DNA of 64,000 nucleotides from Methanothrix sp. (lineage in GTDB: Archaea; Halobacteriota; Methanosarcinia; Methanotrichales; Methanotrichaceae). This document shows positions 61,085 to 64,000 of the stretch, piece by piece (the stretch's first letter is position 1; every line of letters starts with the position of its first letter). Location of the stretch: contig OY821645.1 in the NCBI GenBank assembly GCA_963682135.1, positions 1,504,001 through 1,568,000 on the forward strand. The letters are read 5' to 3'. The notes under the pieces are model-generated. The model worked only from the letters and a program-made list of their open reading frames with translations, was not told where the DNA came from and did no database searches. The position numbers and the translations under genes were made by a program.

Positions 61085-62563
61085 TTGATGCTTGATCATT
61101 ACTACCATCTTAAGCATGCTTTCAAACGGATCAAAAAAAGGATACCATCTCTAAAAACAATCGAGCAAATGTCTTTTTCTCTTCTCAAGATTATTATAAT
61201 TCTCTTTACGCTTTTCTTTGTGATTGTTGTTACAGTCTGGATATTCGATAAAGAAGACGGCATAGTTGTCCAGCCATTTGAGACATTTGGGATTGATGAA
61301 AATGTGGACGGAAAATCTCTTGCAACCCTTCTTAGTTTTGATCTACAAAAGATTAAAAATATCTATGAACCCGCCCCGAGGATAACAGTCAACCCCAAGA
61401 ACAGTAGCGTGAATAAGATAATCTCAAGACCGCTTGATGAATTTTGTATAACTAATCTTTCTATCAAAAATGCTCATAGTACGCCTTTAGAATATAGCCT
61501 CTCGCAGGTTGGGACTGTAGGCGCTCAAGGAACATCAATATCTATCGGTAATTTGCTCCTTTCCATGAAGGAATTTCTTGGCAATAAGGCGAATGTTATC
61601 ACCTGTAGCCTCCAACGATATAACTCCACCATAATTGCAGTAGCAATTCTTGAAGACTATCATTCCACGAATAGCGTTATGACTTATGAGGATGAAACTT
61701 ACATATCCAAAGATGAGCAAATTCCTTCCTTGATAGACGATCTTGCCTATATGATAGCTCTTGAACAGAGTAAACGAAGGGCTCAGCTAAAAGGGGACGA
61801 TATATTTCCACAAACTTGGCAAACTTTCAAATATGTGACCGAAGGGCGAGATGCTTATAACAATTACATAGAAAAGAAAAATATTAACGACACAAATAAA
61901 CTTAATTATCTAAATAAAGCAAAGAATATGGCTATATTAGCCACATTATCTGAACCTGGCTACAAGGGTTCGTTTGAGCTGCTTTCAGGTCTAGGTTTTG
62001 CACACCTAGAGATGGGAAAATACGATGAAGCGGAAGAAATTTTCAAAAAAATTACTCTGGCCAAGCCATTTGAAAGTGTATTGGGCCTTGGATTGGTTTA
62101 CAGTATGCAGGGCCGCTATGCTGACGCTCTGAATGCGTTCGACGAGGCCACCAGACTGAATCCACGAGATGCAGATGCCTGGAATTACAAAGGCATAGTT
62201 CTTGGCAAAAATGGCAATTACCGTGAAGCTGCTGAAGCCTTTAAAAACACTACGCTGCTAAATCCTCAATATGCAATGGGCTGGAAATATGAAGGCGATG
62301 CACTTGCTAATTTGGGACGTAATAACCATAGCAGGTACAACGAAGCCATCCAGGCTTACGACAAGGCCATCGAGTTAAATCCACAATATGCAGATGCTTG
62401 GAGCTACAAAGGCATTGTGCTATATAATCAGGGCAAGTATGATGAATCTATTCAAGCTTTCGACAAGGCTATCGAACTAAATCAATCTGATCCAAATCCA
62501 AGGACCTATAAAGCCACCGCCATTGAAGGATTAAATGTGCATAATGAATCGGTTAAAGAGTAG
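61085..62563 (+). CDS. Membrane-anchored TPR protein
   Basis: N-terminal TM; IVVQPFE; C-terminal TPRs (AWNYKG, EAIQAYDKAIELNP). Confidence 0.85.
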   Translation: MMLDHYYHLKHAFKRIKKRIPSLKTIEQMSFSLLKIIIILFTLFFVIVVTVWIFDKEDGIVVQPFETFGIDENVDGKSLATLLSFDLQKIKNIYEPAPRITVNPKNSSVNKIISRPLDEFCITNLSIKNAHSTPLEYSLSQVGTVGAQGTSISIGNLLLSMKEFLGNKANVITCSLQRYNSTIIAVAILEDYHSTNSVMTYEDETYISKDEQIPSLIDDLAYMIALEQSKRRAQLKGDDIFPQTWQTFKYVTEGRDAYNNYIEKKNINDTNKLNYLNKAKNMAILATLSEPGYKGSFELLSGLGFAHLEMGKYDEAEEIFKKITLAKPFESVLGLGLVYSMQGRYADALNAFDEATRLNPRDADAWNYKGIVLGKNGNYREAAEAFKNTTLLNPQYAMGWKYEGDALANLGRNNHSRYNEAIQAYDKAIELNPQYADAWSYKGIVLYNQGKYDESIQAFDKAIELNQSDPNPRTYKATAIEGLNVHNESVKE

Positions 62564-62599
62564 CTGGGATTTAAAAGCTAGTTCCCGTAAGGTAGCCAA

Positions 62600-63664
62600 T
62601 GTGTAGTCCCGAAACCTTTGATTTTATATACCCATCAAAGGGGCATGGGAAAGAAGAATAAAGTTGTAAAGCTAACAGATAGGAAGATCAGATATATCAT
62701 TCGGGCCAAAAAGAGAGGCGAGAGCACCAAAAGAATCGCGAAGGATATGAAGTTAAGTCCGTCCTCTGTGAAACGTGTCTGGATGCACTGGACGAAAACC
62801 AAGATGCCCCTAAACATTAAGAAATTTGGGCGAAATAGAAAGACCCTGGATGAAGAGTCAGTTAAGCTGATACTTGAAGTCCACAAAGAGCAAAATTTAG
62901 GCGCAAGACGACTCGAAAAGATCATCGAGTTCACACATGGAACGCATATCCCTCACAATGCTATTCATAAGGAACTGCTATCTCATGGCTTGGCCAATGT
63001 GAACCGCAACAAATCGAAGCGCAGAAAACCCTGGATTAGGTTCGAACGCAAGCACAGCCTGTCCATGGTGCATATGGATTGGCATACAAGCATTCACGAT
63101 GGAAAAAAGGTGTTCATCTGCTTGGTCCTTGATGATAGTTCGCGGCGCATTCTCGCGGGCGGGGAGTTCGATGCCGAAACAAAAGATAACGCTTTGCTAC
63201 TCCTCAAAGAAGCCATGGGCAGATTTGGCTGGCTGACAAGTATTGAGCAGGTGCTGACCGACAGAGGGACACAATTCTATGCAAACAAGCGAGACAAGAA
63301 CGGCGATGCTGATAGCAGATTTGAAGATTTTCTTGAGGCGAATAAAATCAAGCATATCAAGGCTCGCGTTAAGCATCCTCAGACCAATGGAAAACTGGAA
63401 AAATGGAACGACACTTATGAACGTAACAGGTTTAGATTCGAGAATTTTGACAATTTCATGAATTGGTATAATACAGTTAGATTTCATGAGTCCCTTGATA
63501 CAAAATGGTATCTACAGACGCCAGATATCGCATTCTGGTCAAGACTGCCAGAAGGATGCAAATTAGGAATGTTCCTGAATCGGATGGAGACTGAATTAAA
63601 TGGTTGATAAAGAATTTAATTTGCGGACCGGAGTATATAAAGTCCAAACATTCGGGACTATACA
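62600..63664 (+). mobile_element. Complete IS481-family insertion sequence (1065 bp) with 15-bp target duplication
   Basis: Left IR TGTGTAGTCCCGAA...TTTATATAC and right IR (revcomp) TGTATAGTCCCGAA...TTTATATAC; flanks ccgtaaggtagccaa at 62585-62599 and 63665-63679. Confidence 0.92.
62645..63607 (+). CDS. IS481-family DDE transposase
   Basis: HTH N-terminus; VHMDW, LDDSSR, LTDRGTQF, HPQTNGKLEK, YNTVRFHESL. Confidence 0.93.
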   Translation: MGKKNKVVKLTDRKIRYIIRAKKRGESTKRIAKDMKLSPSSVKRVWMHWTKTKMPLNIKKFGRNRKTLDEESVKLILEVHKEQNLGARRLEKIIEFTHGTHIPHNAIHKELLSHGLANVNRNKSKRRKPWIRFERKHSLSMVHMDWHTSIHDGKKVFICLVLDDSSRRILAGGEFDAETKDNALLLLKEAMGRFGWLTSIEQVLTDRGTQFYANKRDKNGDADSRFEDFLEANKIKHIKARVKHPQTNGKLEKWNDTYERNRFRFENFDNFMNWYNTVRFHESLDTKWYLQTPDIAFWSRLPEGCKLGMFLNRMETELNG

Positions 63665-63753
63665 CCGTAAGGTAGCCAACCATAAACTTAAATAGTCAAT
63701 CTCACCACAAGTATATATATTATTAGTTAAGATGGAAGGTATTTGAGGTTATT

Positions 63754-64000
63754 ATGTCCTCGTGGGTTCTTTGCGTGCTATGTGCAGTAGTTCTTTTAGG
63801 GCTTGGATTAGCCGCAGCTTCTACTAACTCCTCTCGGGAAATGATTTTTCCTGATGGCTTTCGTATTAATGTTCCACATCTCGGATCATCCACGGAGAGT
63901 GGCGGCCAAGGTACGGGCGTCGAATATCATGTGGTAACGATAAAAGATCTCAAGGAAATGTTAAACACAAGGATAGAACCAGATAATCCGCTAGTCCATG
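63754..64000 (+). CDS. 5' part of another secreted paralogue of the 60032 transglutaminase-like gene (runs off the window)
   Basis: MSSWVLCVLCAVVLLGLGLAAA...VEYHVVTIKDLKEMLNTRIEPDNPLVH matches IEYNIVKIKDLKEMLNTRIEPDNSLIH of the 60032 gene. Confidence 0.8.
   Translation, partial: MSSWVLCVLCAVVLLGLGLAAASTNSSREMIFPDGFRINVPHLGSSTESGGQGTGVEYHVVTIKDLKEMLNTRIEPDNPLVH

Overview
Chromosomal window from a methanogenic archaeon, most consistent with Methanothrix/Methanotrichales. This is inferred from the methanogen-type SerRS, the archaeal priS-GINS-rpl44e-rps27e-aIF2a-nop10-PAC2 and rps15-DHH-pcc1-serS operons, archease-rtcB, class III NrdD, and many NosD/PKD/TPR/pentapeptide surface proteins. Housekeeping blocks alternate with accessory segments: an AT-rich surface-protein island (about 13.8-20.4 kb), a stress/detox cluster (33-46 kb), a candidate defence cassette (HEPN-motif protein, TIR protein, RelBE; 46.0-48.6 kb), a two-channel operon with one non-canonical filter (48.7-50.6 kb), and a transglutaminase-like/TPR cluster containing an intact IS481 with a 15-bp target duplication (60-64 kb). 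I added several features absent from the ORF track: partial argD, ferredoxin, rps27e, nop10, a CPxCG zinc-ribbon protein, a PflX pseudogene fragment, a TnpB/IS605 right-end remnant and REP-like repeats. No rRNA, tRNA or CRISPR array was seen. All family calls come from motif recognition by eye; no database search was run.
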